Virus record (IMG/VR): IMGVR_UViG_2870282538_000006
Coordinates: 1-64,000 of that record
Length of the DNA stretch: 64,000 bases
Direction: 5' to 3' (one strand)
Origin: a virus
Taxonomy: Duplodnaviria > Caudoviricetes
Below, piece after piece: positions 39,148-48,482 of this stretch (the stretch's first letter is position 1; the number at the start of each line of letters is the position of its first letter). A program made the translations under genes and the position numbers. The notes beneath the pieces were generated by a model. The model saw only the letters and a list, made by a program, of their open reading frames with translations, made no database searches and was not told the origin of the DNA.

Positions 39148-39161
39148 GCCCCGGATGGGGC
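39148..39161. repeat. dispersed hairpin motif copy 3
   Basis: GCCCC-GGAT-GGGGC. Confidence 0.8.
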
Positions 39162-39167
39162 GGGCCT

Positions 39168-39365
39168 TTAAGCATAATCTAACAGATAAAAAATAGCTTT
39201 TTCTGCTCTTTGAATCTCTTTCACTTTTAAAATATGAATATTTTCATTACCTGAAAGGTGAACTTGAAGGCACTCGCCTTCTTTTATTTCTCGATTGGTA
39301 GGATACAAAAAGTCATGCTCACTTCCGTCTGGGAAGACTAAAACATTTCTCATTGATCTCCACAC
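39168..39365 (-). CDS. hypothetical protein
   Basis: ORF in operon; likely start MRNVL. Confidence 0.55.
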   Translation of the reverse strand: MWRSMRNVLVFPDGSEHDFLYPTNREIKEGECLQVHLSGNENIHILKVKEIQRAEKAIFYLLDYA

Positions 39366-39709
39366 TCGTCATTTGGAATACATTTCAAAGAATATGCGAA
39401 CACTGAAACATCTTTCTTTACTTCGCCTTTGATCGACCTTGAAACGATATTAACAAACCCTTCAAAAAACACATAATTGCCTTGTACAACAAGATCTTTG
39501 AACTCTGTCATAAAAGCTTCAGATACAAGAACATTCAGTGTTCCAATTGAATCATCTATCGTTACAATATAAGTTGAATTCTCTTTATTGAATGGAGGTG
39601 TAATATTAATTATTTTCCCACCAACAGTGACATGCTCTTCATGAGCTGCATTTAACCGCACTTCTTCTGATAAGTGAGTAGTGTGTTTCTTGATGTCAGC
39701 CAGTTCCAT
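39350..39709 (-). CDS. stand-alone OB-fold protein (DnaE C-terminal OB-like)
   Basis: VTVGGKI, VTIDDSIGTLNVLV, VFFEG. Confidence 0.6.
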   Translation of the reverse strand: MELADIKKHTTHLSEEVRLNAAHEEHVTVGGKIINITPPFNKENSTYIVTIDDSIGTLNVLVSEAFMTEFKDLVVQGNYVFFEGFVNIVSRSIKGEVKKDVSVFAYSLKCIPNDECGDQ

Positions 39710-39983
39710 TTCCTTTGCTTCCCTTCATCTTCAAATAATCATTATGCAGTTCTTTTACAAGATCGTTAACTTCACCAGAATGTATAATGCCTTTTGTGAT
39801 TAATATTTTAAGCAAAGCATTGACCAGAAGATATGAAGTTTTGACTTCATTTTCGATACTTAAACTGACGTTTGAAGTATCAGGTGGTGTTTGGCTGTTG
39901 GTATGAGGTTTCTCTCCCCCGACAATAAATTCTGAGAAATCAAAGCGATCGTCACTTCCTTCAGCAATGGCCACTAGACTCAT
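39696..39983 (-). CDS. hypothetical protein
   Basis: ALLKILITKGII helical motif. Confidence 0.55.
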   Translation of the reverse strand: MSLVAIAEGSDDRFDFSEFIVGGEKPHTNSQTPPDTSNVSLSIENEVKTSYLLVNALLKILITKGIIHSGEVNDLVKELHNDYLKMKGSKGNGTG

Positions 39984-39986
39984 CTC

Positions 39987-40714
39987 CTATTCGTTTAATA
40001 TCTTGGCTTGTACAGTTTTAACTCCCATAGCAAGTGTCGCCTTTGGCACATAGTAATCAATATCATGCCCTTTAATAGCTGAGCCAGTATCATCAGCTCT
40101 TCGCTTTTCTGTGGAGCCGTCAGGCCACTTAATAAGCACCCACGTACCTAATGGAATCACATTGGGATCAACAGCAATTGTGACGCCGGCTTGGGTAGGT
40201 CTTCCACTTGCTGTAATACCATACCCAGGATCTCCAGGATTCTTGCCAGTAGATTGCTCGTTATTATCATAATAAGTCAATCTAAATTCTGACCAACCCG
40301 AGTTTGTTCCCTTACTTTTGGTTACGGGGTGCTTTTTTGCTTTTTTTCAAGATCTTTAACCTTTTCTTTCTGATGATCGACTTGCTTACGGAGTTTAGTA
40401 GTCTCCTCATTCAGTTTCTCGATTTCCATTTTAGATTGCTCTAATAGTCCTGATGACTTCTTCGCTTCATCTTTCAAGACAGTATTCTTGTCTCTTAATT
40501 TGATGATAGTGCCACGAAGTTCTCCATTTTCTACAAGCACGTCTTTGTACTTTGCGTTCAACTTAATGTGAGACTCTTTATAGTCCTCTGAAAGTGAATT
40601 AAAATGAAGAGCTAGAGCAATGGAAGAAACAGTTGCAATACCTAGCCCAATGCTAGTAATCTTTCTGGTTTTCTTCTTCATGCTTTTACTCCTTTGTAGT
40701 ATCCCCTGTATCAC
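39987..40714 (-). CDS. TM/coiled-coil plus 3D-domain cell-wall protein joined by a -1 frameshift
   Basis: In-phase A_AAA_AAG at 40340-40346; -1 frame open into GITASG/IAVDP/DTGSAIKG/ID 3D domain. Confidence 0.7.
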
Positions 40715-40749
40715 TTTCTCCCCAAGTTTATCATGAATCTAAGTGACTT

Positions 40750-40763
40750 TGCAATGCATTACA
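40750..40763. promoter_or_regulatory. operator palindrome variant TGCAATGCATTACA
   Basis: One mismatch; intergenic. Confidence 0.55.
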
Positions 40764-40789
40764 TTTAATAATGTCCTTTTCTTATTTTC

Positions 40790-41980
40790 TTAGATGACAA
40801 GAATGAGCCTCTCACTTGATCTAGTAATAGCTGTATATAGCCATCTATGATGCATTTCAGGGTCTAAAACTTCACTAATGACCACAACCTTTTCCCACTG
40901 TGATCCTTGTGATTTGTGGCAAGTAATTGCATATCCAAAGTCAAATTGACTATAAATATTGTACTCGTGAGGAAGCAAATTATATTTTTTGCCCTCAAAA
41001 TGGTCATTAACTAAGAACAACTTATCAAAAGTCTCTTCTGTGAAGTCCGGCTGAAAATCAATTGACATTGCACTACGTTTGATTTCTTCATCATTAGGGA
41101 TATCATATGAAATACATTTCACATAACCTGTCATTCCATTGACCAAATTAATATCTCTAATATTCTTGCTCCAGTTATTTCTCGTACAAATAAGCTTATC
41201 TCCCACTTGGGGGAGCTTATTTGTATGGCCAATATATTTGCGAATGTCTTTATTCAGAGATGTTCTGGTTTTATTATATCCACATATAATTTGATCAGCA
41301 GAAGTATAGCAGTTTTGTTTAATTGTCTCCCATTGGGTTCGACTAATAACTAGAGCTTCTTTATTTTCGCCATACCATCCATATGAAATTGGCTTTTTCG
41401 TTCTAGCCAACATTGAAAGATGAATAATTGGATTCCCTTCTGCCTGTCTATGGATCTCGGTTAAAACAAAGTCTGGGTTATTGAACATCTCAAGAAATTC
41501 TTCATTTCCATTATTAGATACCGGCGGCAGCTGTCCTTGATCCCCGATAAAAAGAATCTTTTTATCAAAAGACTTTAGGTCCCGCATGATATTTCCATCA
41601 ACCATTGAAGCTTCATCAACCACAATTAATTTGATATCTTTTAACTCATCTGGATCTTTTAGAACAAACTGCATTTTTCCTTTTGAATCAAAGTCTAACT
41701 TGTAAATTAACCTGTGAAGCGTTACAGCTTTATACTTCCCTTTTGCTTTCTGAGTCAAAACAAGCGCTGCTTTCCCTGTGTAGCATGCAAATGCAACACT
41801 AGATTTCTTTATTCCCAATGTATTGATTACATAGTCAACTAAGGTTGACTTACCTGTACCGGCATACCCAGCCAAAAAATAAGTCTGTTTCTTTCCTGAC
41901 TTGTACCAGTCTTGAATAGACTTAACCGCGTCCATTTGCACCGGTGTTAAGTCTATTCTTTTTGCAGCAATAGTCGCCAT
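40790..41980 (-). CDS. RecD/Dda-like SF1B helicase
   Basis: GYAGTGKS, DEASM, GDQGQLPPV, YAITCHKSQGS, YTAITR. Confidence 0.88.
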   Translation of the reverse strand: MATIAAKRIDLTPVQMDAVKSIQDWYKSGKKQTYFLAGYAGTGKSTLVDYVINTLGIKKSSVAFACYTGKAALVLTQKAKGKYKAVTLHRLIYKLDFDSKGKMQFVLKDPDELKDIKLIVVDEASMVDGNIMRDLKSFDKKILFIGDQGQLPPVSNNGNEEFLEMFNNPDFVLTEIHRQAEGNPIIHLSMLARTKKPISYGWYGENKEALVISRTQWETIKQNCYTSADQIICGYNKTRTSLNKDIRKYIGHTNKLPQVGDKLICTRNNWSKNIRDINLVNGMTGYVKCISYDIPNDEEIKRSAMSIDFQPDFTEETFDKLFLVNDHFEGKKYNLLPHEYNIYSQFDFGYAITCHKSQGSQWEKVVVISEVLDPEMHHRWLYTAITRSSERLILVI

Positions 41981-42017
41981 TTTATCCTCCTATCAACAAT
42001 CTGATCCCTTGCTTGTT

Positions 42018-42434
42018 TTATTCAATAATATAAAAGTCTCCATAGAGCAACTCATCCATAGTGATAGCTTCAATAAGGCCAATAGATGATAAGAGATTGG
42101 GTAAAAAGGCTTCACTCTTTTCAAATTGATTTGTATTGAATGGATGTTCTGATCCTTGATAAACCACTTTTACCTTTTTCCCTGCCTTGTATGCCTCTAA
42201 AAAATCATTGAGAGATACTTTCTTCTGTGTTTCTTGAAGTTTAACTCTAGTCTTGAATAGTAGGTCATGTGATACTGATAATGGCTCCCCACTACGTTTA
42301 TTAATAAGATGTCCATCTTTGACTTTTAAAGTCATTCCATAATAATTATTGTCAGTTACTACGTTAAATTCTTTCCCCTCATAGTCTTTTTCGAATAGAT
42401 TGATTACTGGAATAAGTTCTTTATTGTTAGTCAT
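42018..42434 (-). CDS. hypothetical protein
   Basis: 138-aa ORF. Confidence 0.6.
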   Translation of the reverse strand: MTNNKELIPVINLFEKDYEGKEFNVVTDNNYYGMTLKVKDGHLINKRSGEPLSVSHDLLFKTRVKLQETQKKVSLNDFLEAYKAGKKVKVVYQGSEHPFNTNQFEKSEAFLPNLLSSIGLIEAITMDELLYGDFYIIE

Positions 42435-42477
42435 TTTATTTATGTCTCCCTTATTAATAAATTGAAATCACTATAAC

Positions 42478-42491
42478 GCCCCGGATGGGGC
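42478..42491. repeat. dispersed hairpin motif copy 4
   Basis: GCCCC-GGAT-GGGGC. Confidence 0.8.
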
Positions 42492-42504
42492 TTACATGTA
42501 AAAG

Positions 42505-42714
42505 TTAATCGTATTGACGAACACGTTTCATAAGCTCTAGCTCAGAGTAATATTTACCTTGCTGAAAATAAAGTTCTTTCAATTCCTTCTGAGCAACAGC
42601 TGCATTATCTTCTTTACTTTTAATTTTATTGCTGACTTCTTCAAGCTTTCTTTCTAGCCACTCAATCTGGCTAAGAGCTGCCTTTTCTTTCTTATTCTTT
42701 TTCACTTGGTTCAT
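42505..42714 (-). CDS. small coiled-coil protein
   Basis: 69 aa, GAGGG RBS. Confidence 0.55.
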   Translation of the reverse strand: MNQVKKNKKEKAALSQIEWLERKLEEVSNKIKSKEDNAAVAQKELKELYFQQGKYYSELELMKRVRQYD

Positions 42715-42779
42715 TCTGAAAAGATCCCCTCAAGCTTTGCGTTCTATGTTTTTATGACAAGAAAGTTGTTGGTCTTCTA

Positions 42780-43004
42780 TTATTCCTCCTCCAATGCTTT
42801 CCTTGCTGTTTGCCCCTCGTCAAATTCAATAGGAGAAACTTTCTCATCTTTGAACTCCGGGTAATAGTTTGATTTATCCGCATAAAACTCAAGCGCATTT
42901 TTGTACTGTTCATCCTTTTTTCTTAACTGCCTGTTTTCTTGTTTCAATCGTTGGACCTCATCGAATAGACCACGATTGATTTCCTCTTGTGTCATTTTTC
43001 CCAT
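42780..43004 (-). CDS. phage hypothetical protein (ALEFYA motif)
   Basis: Coupled ORF. Confidence 0.6.
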   Translation of the reverse strand: MGKMTQEEINRGLFDEVQRLKQENRQLRKKDEQYKNALEFYADKSNYYPEFKDEKVSPIEFDEGQTARKALEEE

Positions 43005-43210
43005 TATTCCACTCCCTCCTTGTAATCATCATGGGTAGGCAAAAACAGTTTGATTTCAAAAATAGCCGGTTCTGATGGTTTATACGATTTTCGTTCTTCC
43101 ATCAATTGCTTTAGTTCGAAAACAAATCCCAATGACCTTGCTTCCTCTATTTTTCTCATAGCATCATCAAAATAATGCGTGAATACTGTTTTCACAAATC
43201 GTTTTTTCAT
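43004..43210 (-). CDS. hypothetical protein (start MKKRF)
   Basis: GGAGG RBS, ATGA coupling. Confidence 0.55.
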   Translation of the reverse strand: MKKRFVKTVFTHYFDDAMRKIEEARSLGFVFELKQLMEERKSYKPSEPAIFEIKLFLPTHDDYKEGVE

Positions 43211-43395
43211 TTCGCTGCCTCCACTTCGCATTTGGCACCTTTGAAAACAGGTTCGTAATGTTCGTTTGTATAATGTCCTCTCAATTCCCGGCCGACTTCA
43301 AGTTTGACCTTGCCGACATTATCAAACTTCTTTTCTAAATGGTTTTTGACTATTTGTTTCACCTCTTCAGGTGATAAAATCACTTGCATTTTCAT
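43207..43395 (-). CDS. hypothetical protein
   Basis: GGAGG RBS, ATGA coupling. Confidence 0.6.
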   Translation of the reverse strand: MKMQVILSPEEVKQIVKNHLEKKFDNVGKVKLEVGRELRGHYTNEHYEPVFKGAKCEVEAAK

Positions 43396-43586
43396 TGATC
43401 TGTCGCCTCCTTATTGATCCGATTACTCCTTCTATCCGCAAACATCATTACTTGATATTCCCGCAACTGCTTTTCAACAGTTTCCACAGGAACTAAAGGA
43501 AAAGCAGTCTTTTCCCACAAAATAAAGTCGCACTGCTTATCATTTGCATCAGGAAAATACTTTCTCACTAAGTCAATCCACGTCAT
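43392..43586 (-). CDS. hypothetical protein
   Basis: GGAGG RBS. Confidence 0.55.
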   Translation of the reverse strand: MTWIDLVRKYFPDANDKQCDFILWEKTAFPLVPVETVEKQLREYQVMMFADRRSNRINKEATDQ

Positions 43587-43706
43587 TCCGCCGCCTCCAA
43601 TGATCAGGATTTCATTTTGTCTTTATCCCATAAACGTATACACATACCACACTAAATTTTAATGACCTTTTCTCCTTATCTCTCTCGCTGTTTTGGCAAG
43701 GCTACA

Positions 43707-43907
43707 TTACTTGTATTCAAAAATAAATCCCTCTTCTTCTTTTGGAATTTGTGAGCATTCGTTTGTTTTCGGTTTAGAATTGACATATATGAACTCTTTA
43801 TCCTCGCTTAAGATTTCATATTCCTTACCCTTTTTAAAAATGGGGTTACTATGTTCATTCTCAAAGAAAACATCTCTTTTAAAGACAACTAAATCCATTC
43901 TTTTCAC
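43707..43907 (-). CDS. hypothetical phage protein
   Basis: FKKGKEYEI motif. Confidence 0.55.
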   Translation of the reverse strand: MKRMDLVVFKRDVFFENEHSNPIFKKGKEYEILSEDKEFIYVNSKPKTNECSQIPKEEEGFIFEYK

Positions 43908-43997
43908 CCTTTCATTTTCGCTTTATTATTTAACAGCTAACAGCGCCATCACTTTCCGATTTACGTCAGCTTTTTTATTCATTATCCCGCCGCTCCC

Positions 43998-44207
43998 TTA
44001 TGCGTATCCTTTTGTATGTCTGTGCTTTTTCCATTCACCTTCAGGCCCGACATATCGGTAAATATAACCGTTTAAAGCGAGTTCAATCCATACATCAATG
44101 ATAATTGTTTTACCGTAAATTTTGGTTATCTGCTCTGCAATATCTCCCAAGGTCAGAAACGGCATTCCCTCATGATATTTAACCTCTAAATTATCTGGAG
44201 GATCCAT
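43998..44207 (-). CDS. hypothetical phage protein
   Basis: C-terminal TKGYA. Confidence 0.5.
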   Translation of the reverse strand: MDPPDNLEVKYHEGMPFLTLGDIAEQITKIYGKTIIIDVWIELALNGYIYRYVGPEGEWKKHRHTKGYA

Positions 44208-44216
44208 TTTGTTTGC

Positions 44217-44687
44217 TCATTCCCCCACCTTTAATAGTTCAGGATTTCGGTATACGTCGCCGATGACTTCCATCGAATAAAATTCATTGCTTTTGTATAA
44301 TTCTTGAAGAGTTCCTTTGTGATCGGTTTGTATGCCGCGTTTGATACGAAGAACTCCATTATTTTTTTCAAGCCAGTAGTTGCGATAGATCTCTTTCATT
44401 TTAAAACCACTACCTTCAAAAACAATATGCATGAATCGTATATTTTCCCCCTCATCATAAAAGGAAAACTTAGCAACATCCCTCTCATAAATCTCCCAGC
44501 CATCTTTGTCTTTTTCTCCGGCTCCCCACATGAGTGCAGCGTCTTTGTCATCGTTTGATACAACACACCCGCCGCCAAATTCGTGCCATAAAAACCAACT
44601 TCCATCGTTTTTGATGGTTAGACTTATACCTTCATCATGCCAATAGTGCATCTGCTCTCCGTCCCATACTCTGTATGCTGTGTTCAT
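44217..44687 (-). CDS. YopX-family protein
   Basis: YRVWD, DKDG.EIYE.D, EVIGDVYRNPELL. Confidence 0.8.
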   Translation of the reverse strand: MNTAYRVWDGEQMHYWHDEGISLTIKNDGSWFLWHEFGGGCVVSNDDKDAALMWGAGEKDKDGWEIYERDVAKFSFYDEGENIRFMHIVFEGSGFKMKEIYRNYWLEKNNGVLRIKRGIQTDHKGTLQELYKSNEFYSMEVIGDVYRNPELLKVGE

Positions 44688-44902
44688 TCCTGCACCTCTA
44701 CATATAAAGCGACGTTTTGGTATTTCTCTTCGTGGATTACCCAATGACACACGTCGATAACTTTACAAATTGTTCGATCTCTATTGCCGCCGTCAATCCA
44801 TAGCGTCTCACCGATTCGCGGAATTTTTTTTGTTAAAATTCCAGTTGTGAATGTTTCCTCATCCTTTGTCATGACCGAACAATATATAAAATCTGTGTTC
44901 AT
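44684..44902 (-). CDS. hypothetical protein (start MNTDF)
   Basis: IPRIGE motif; ATGA coupling. Confidence 0.55.
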   Translation of the reverse strand: MNTDFIYCSVMTKDEETFTTGILTKKIPRIGETLWIDGGNRDRTICKVIDVCHWVIHEEKYQNVALYVEVQE

Positions 44903-45164
44903 TTGTTCTCTTCCTCCCATCTGTCGATATAAGCGAATCCATCATGCGTTAACACACATCCGAAATACGGAAGCCTTTCCTCTCCTGTCAGCTCTCTAAC
45001 CATCGGATCGTATTTTCCCATATCGTCCAAATCCCAAATGAAATGTAAGAAGAAAGATCGAAATTCAATATTTTCCCCGCAATTTTCGCATCTTCATAAC
45101 TCCAAACCGTAGTTCCACCCGAACAGTCGTTCATAAAGTCAATATGTTTTTGCTCTAATCTCAT
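44899..45164 (-). pseudogene. probable single-frameshift pseudogene
   Basis: ATGA-coupled at both ends; 266 nt, one base short of an 89-codon ORF. Confidence 0.5.
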
Positions 45165-45415
45165 TTTTGAACATCCCTTTTTAACTCTGTAATCGTTTTG
45201 CTTGATTGAACGATTGATTCTTCACCATATTCAACTGTATTTAGATGAATTTTCGTTTTATCATAATCTCCCTCATAAAGATGACCGATGAAAGCACAAT
45301 TATCTACGCCTCTTCTAACCAACTCTTCTGCAATAACATCAAAAGCTTCTTGCAATGTGATTTCTTGTTTGAACCCTTTTTTCTTTTTGATCCTTACTGT
45401 TTTTGGTTTTCTCAC
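45161..45415 (-). CDS. hypothetical protein
   Basis: GGAGG RBS. Confidence 0.55.
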   Translation of the reverse strand: MRKPKTVRIKKKKGFKQEITLQEAFDVIAEELVRRGVDNCAFIGHLYEGDYDKTKIHLNTVEYGEESIVQSSKTITELKRDVQK

Positions 45416-45495
45416 TTCAGGTCCTCCAATAGCTCGGGATTTCGATAAATGTCTCCGTTTTTTGTATGTAAAACTTCTTCACTCCAGATTAATCG

Positions 45496-45687
45496 CTAAA
45501 GTTCTCCACCCATATCGTGTACATACCAATATAAAAAGGCTTTTGCAGTCTCACCGTATTTAGCCCCTGTGTTTAAGTATGTAACCATATAAGATGTTAT
45601 CTCTTCTATTTTATCTTCTGGTAAACCACTCTCTTGTACAGCTTGCTTAATTGCTTCAGTTATAAATCCAGATTCCTGTTCCTTCAC
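45496..45687 (-). CDS. hypothetical protein (GTG start MKEQE)
   Basis: AGGAGG RBS, GTGA coupling. Confidence 0.55.
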   Translation of the reverse strand: MKEQESGFITEAIKQAVQESGLPEDKIEEITSYMVTYLNTGAKYGETAKAFLYWYVHDMGGEL

Positions 45688-46079
45688 AGGATATCGCCTC
45701 CTAAACCTCTTATTTTCATCTCGTAACGCATAATCATGTAGACCCTTGCTGTTTCCCATAATGTCCGGTATTGTCGAAGTCGAAGTGATAGACTCTCTTC
45801 CTTTTTATTTTGCTTTATTGGTTTAATGCCCTTTAAAATTAGCTGATCAGCATTACATTTATCATAAATAGAACTTAGAAATGGACTATTACGATGCAGC
45901 ATCGCCACAGTATTTAGAAGATGTCTATCGTCCATATTTTTAGGGTAAATAAGCTCCCCTTCTTGTGTAATCCAGAAATCATTTTTACGACGGTTTCTGG
46001 GGTTTAAATATTCAGGAAAGGGTAAAGGTTCAGAAACCCCAATAGTGCTCCGATATAAATATTCCCCAACTAATTCCAT
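45684..46079 (-). CDS. hypothetical phage protein
   Basis: W.T..G...MDDRHLLN motif. Confidence 0.65.
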   Translation of the reverse strand: MELVGEYLYRSTIGVSEPLPFPEYLNPRNRRKNDFWITQEGELIYPKNMDDRHLLNTVAMLHRNSPFLSSIYDKCNADQLILKGIKPIKQNKKEESLSLRLRQYRTLWETARVYMIMRYEMKIRGLGGDIL

Positions 46080-46111
46080 TGCGAACCTCCTATATAGTGT
46101 TCAACTCAAAA

Positions 46112-46164
46112 TGTAATGCATTTCGTAACATCTGATCATTTATAAGAATACGTAATGCATTACA
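46112..46164. promoter_or_regulatory. two operator palindromes
   Basis: TGTAATGCATTTCG at 46112; GTAATGCATTACA at 46152. Confidence 0.65.
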
Positions 46165-46240
46165 ATAAATCAAGAGAAAAATAAAAAAAGCTTCTAGTTC
46201 CTCAAAAATCCTTGAGATTTTAACTAAAAGCTTTTAATGA

Positions 46241-46996
46241 TTAAATTTCTTTTATGTCAATAATGTCCTCAGGAAAAGCAATAACTTCTTGCTCCTTATT
46301 ATTGATGAATGCTTTTATTTTATCTTTGTGTATCCTTCCTTGATATACGATACCATTTGAACTGAAGCGGCCGGCAAAAAAATCTGCTATATCTTTAGAT
46401 AGAGTCCAAGAAAAAGCTTCGTTAACAGGAGTTGACTCAGGTGTTGCCCCTCTGTAGATAACATAGTAGCCATCTTTAGGCTTCTGTGGTGCGTTAGAAA
46501 TGTCATAAGATTCATCTTTGGAACCATCGATAACCTCTCTAACTAGAGCAGCGTCATAACCGCTCTCGCTTTTCACATAGATCTCCAAAAAAGTGTTAGC
46601 TCTTTCTTCCTCTGGAATCATTGAACTTATCTTTTTATAAACATGGAAGAGAACCTTTTTATCTGTGTACCTTAAGACATCCTCCCACTTTTCAGATTCG
46701 TAAGCAGCTTGTACGAATGACAGCCGTACCTTAAAGCGATCCGCCTCAGAAAAGTCTCCCAATTTAGTTTCTAGAAAGGTTGTATCCAAGCTCATAAAAG
46801 GTTGATAGAACAAACCATCCCAATAGCAATAGCGATTAATAAGCCCTTCAGGATCATAAAATAAATGTTTTGGGCTTATTTCTAGAATCTCACAGATTGA
46901 TACATACTTCGATTCCGTCTCTGCCTCCTCAATAGGGATTAATTTATTCTCATCAAGAGCAAAGTGTTCACCTTTAAAAATCTCAGAAATGTTCAT
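46241..46996 (-). CDS. putative R-S-E clade ADP-ribosyltransferase-fold protein
   Basis: IYRG...FSWT...EQEVI. Confidence 0.55.
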   Translation of the reverse strand: MNISEIFKGEHFALDENKLIPIEEAETESKYVSICEILEISPKHLFYDPEGLINRYCYWDGLFYQPFMSLDTTFLETKLGDFSEADRFKVRLSFVQAAYESEKWEDVLRYTDKKVLFHVYKKISSMIPEEERANTFLEIYVKSESGYDAALVREVIDGSKDESYDISNAPQKPKDGYYVIYRGATPESTPVNEAFSWTLSKDIADFFAGRFSSNGIVYQGRIHKDKIKAFINNKEQEVIAFPEDIIDIKEI

Positions 46997-47247
46997 TACA
47001 CCCTTCCTTTCTGGATAAAGCTCCTTATATATAAATACTCTCCTGGTATTCGATTTATTAAAACTTAATGGTCAATTGATCGTCAAAATATCCGTGTCCG
47101 TTGTTCCCCTTCTTTACCGATACTTCTTGAATCAGTATGAATATTATAAACTAATCCAGGTGTAGTACGGGCTATATTGTTATTCATAATCGGAATAATG
47201 TTTCTACCTCTCATAGACAATCGTCTCCTATATAATGCGTTAGAGTT

Positions 47248-47478
47248 TTACCATTCCAATGCCTTAAGTTGTTTAAAAGATAAAGATAAAATATGGCCAG
47301 TTCGTTCATTCCTTATAACATAGGATTCTTCTGCTGATTCAATGAGTCTATCTTGGCCAATATTGTTTGGTGACTTCTTGATTTTTAACACTATTATCTT
47401 ATCTCCTTGTCTAATCGCTCCTTTTGTGTGCATGTCTGCAACAGGATTTTTAGCTATAAAACAATAACCTTGTTTCAT
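47248..47478 (-). CDS. hypothetical protein
   Basis: GGAGG RBS. Confidence 0.55.
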   Translation of the reverse strand: MKQGYCFIAKNPVADMHTKGAIRQGDKIIVLKIKKSPNNIGQDRLIESAEESYVIRNERTGHILSLSFKQLKALEW

Positions 47479-47481
47479 GTA

Positions 47482-47763
47482 TTACCCTCCAAATTTTATA
47501 GTCAACAAGTCATTGAGTTGATCTCTCGTTTTCCTAAAAAGTTTAATTTCCTCTCCTGTAGCTTCACGTTGAATTGAATCTGCGACCCAATCGGTCAAAT
47601 ACAGTTCTTGTACTTCCTCATTGTTGATCCGTAGTGTTTGTGTTCTAACTATTGAATCGGTCATATATGGGCTATTTGGTATCACCTTAATAATGTGCTT
47701 TTCTATGCCTCTATCTTTATTGGTGTATTCATGTGCATAATATTGTCCTACTTCGATTCTCAT
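47482..47763 (-). CDS. hypothetical protein
   Basis: AAGGAG RBS; REAT.EEI motif. Confidence 0.6.
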   Translation of the reverse strand: MRIEVGQYYAHEYTNKDRGIEKHIIKVIPNSPYMTDSIVRTQTLRINNEEVQELYLTDWVADSIQREATGEEIKLFRKTRDQLNDLLTIKFGG

Positions 47764-47883
47764 TGTTTATCATCTCCTTTCTCACTCTCTCCATTCTTTT
47801 ATGTTATTGCAACCTCCCCTAGAAGGGAAACGCTCTGGGCTTAATGCCTGTTTATAGTCGCCCAGACGACTAATGAAACATCA

Positions 47884-47915
47884 AAAAGGAGTATCAAGTC
47901 CTTTAATACTCCTTT
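47884..47915 (-). terminator. intrinsic terminator
   Basis: AAAGGAGTAT/ATACTCCTTT stem plus U tract. Confidence 0.65.
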
Positions 47916-47929
47916 CGTATAGAGAGTGT

Positions 47930-48469
47930 TTATAGAGTGTTCCAGTTAAATTTCTTCAAGACATCCTTAATCGGAAATTCCTTTTTCTTGTTTCCGGTTC
48001 GTATAATCTCAATTGAATGATTCCTGATATGAAAATCTCCCTTATATGTAAAAGAAGTTGATGGCAATTTCATGTAACGTTTAACATCCACACCTAATTG
48101 TAAGTCTCTATTAATAGAGGCACTATGAAACAAATCAAAAGACTCTTGTACGGTTAGATTTTCATAAGACCTACTGGTGTCTAGTTGCAGATTGATGTTG
48201 GGATTGGTTTCGTCCCAATCAGGATGCAGCTCACTTTCACTAATATCTATTTCGAAAACATAATAATATGGGGATTCTTTATCTTCCACGATAGTTGTGA
48301 GGTTGCCAAAATAAGCAGCAACTGAAAACATATTTGATACATATGTATAACCATCTGTCGTTTTCATTTCCTCTATCAGATGATGAACTCTGTCAATTTC
48401 GTGCTTAATCGTTTTGTCTTCAAGTATTTTTTTGGCCCTGTGTTCTGATGTTCCATGATAGACTATCAT
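47930..48469 (-). CDS. putative H-Y clade ADP-ribosyltransferase-fold protein
   Basis: VYHGTS...YTYVS...AAYF. Confidence 0.5.
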   Translation of the reverse strand: MIVYHGTSEHRAKKILEDKTIKHEIDRVHHLIEEMKTTDGYTYVSNMFSVAAYFGNLTTIVEDKESPYYYVFEIDISESELHPDWDETNPNINLQLDTSRSYENLTVQESFDLFHSASINRDLQLGVDVKRYMKLPSTSFTYKGDFHIRNHSIEIIRTGNKKKEFPIKDVLKKFNWNTL

Positions 48470-48482
48470 TGTTCGTCTCCTT

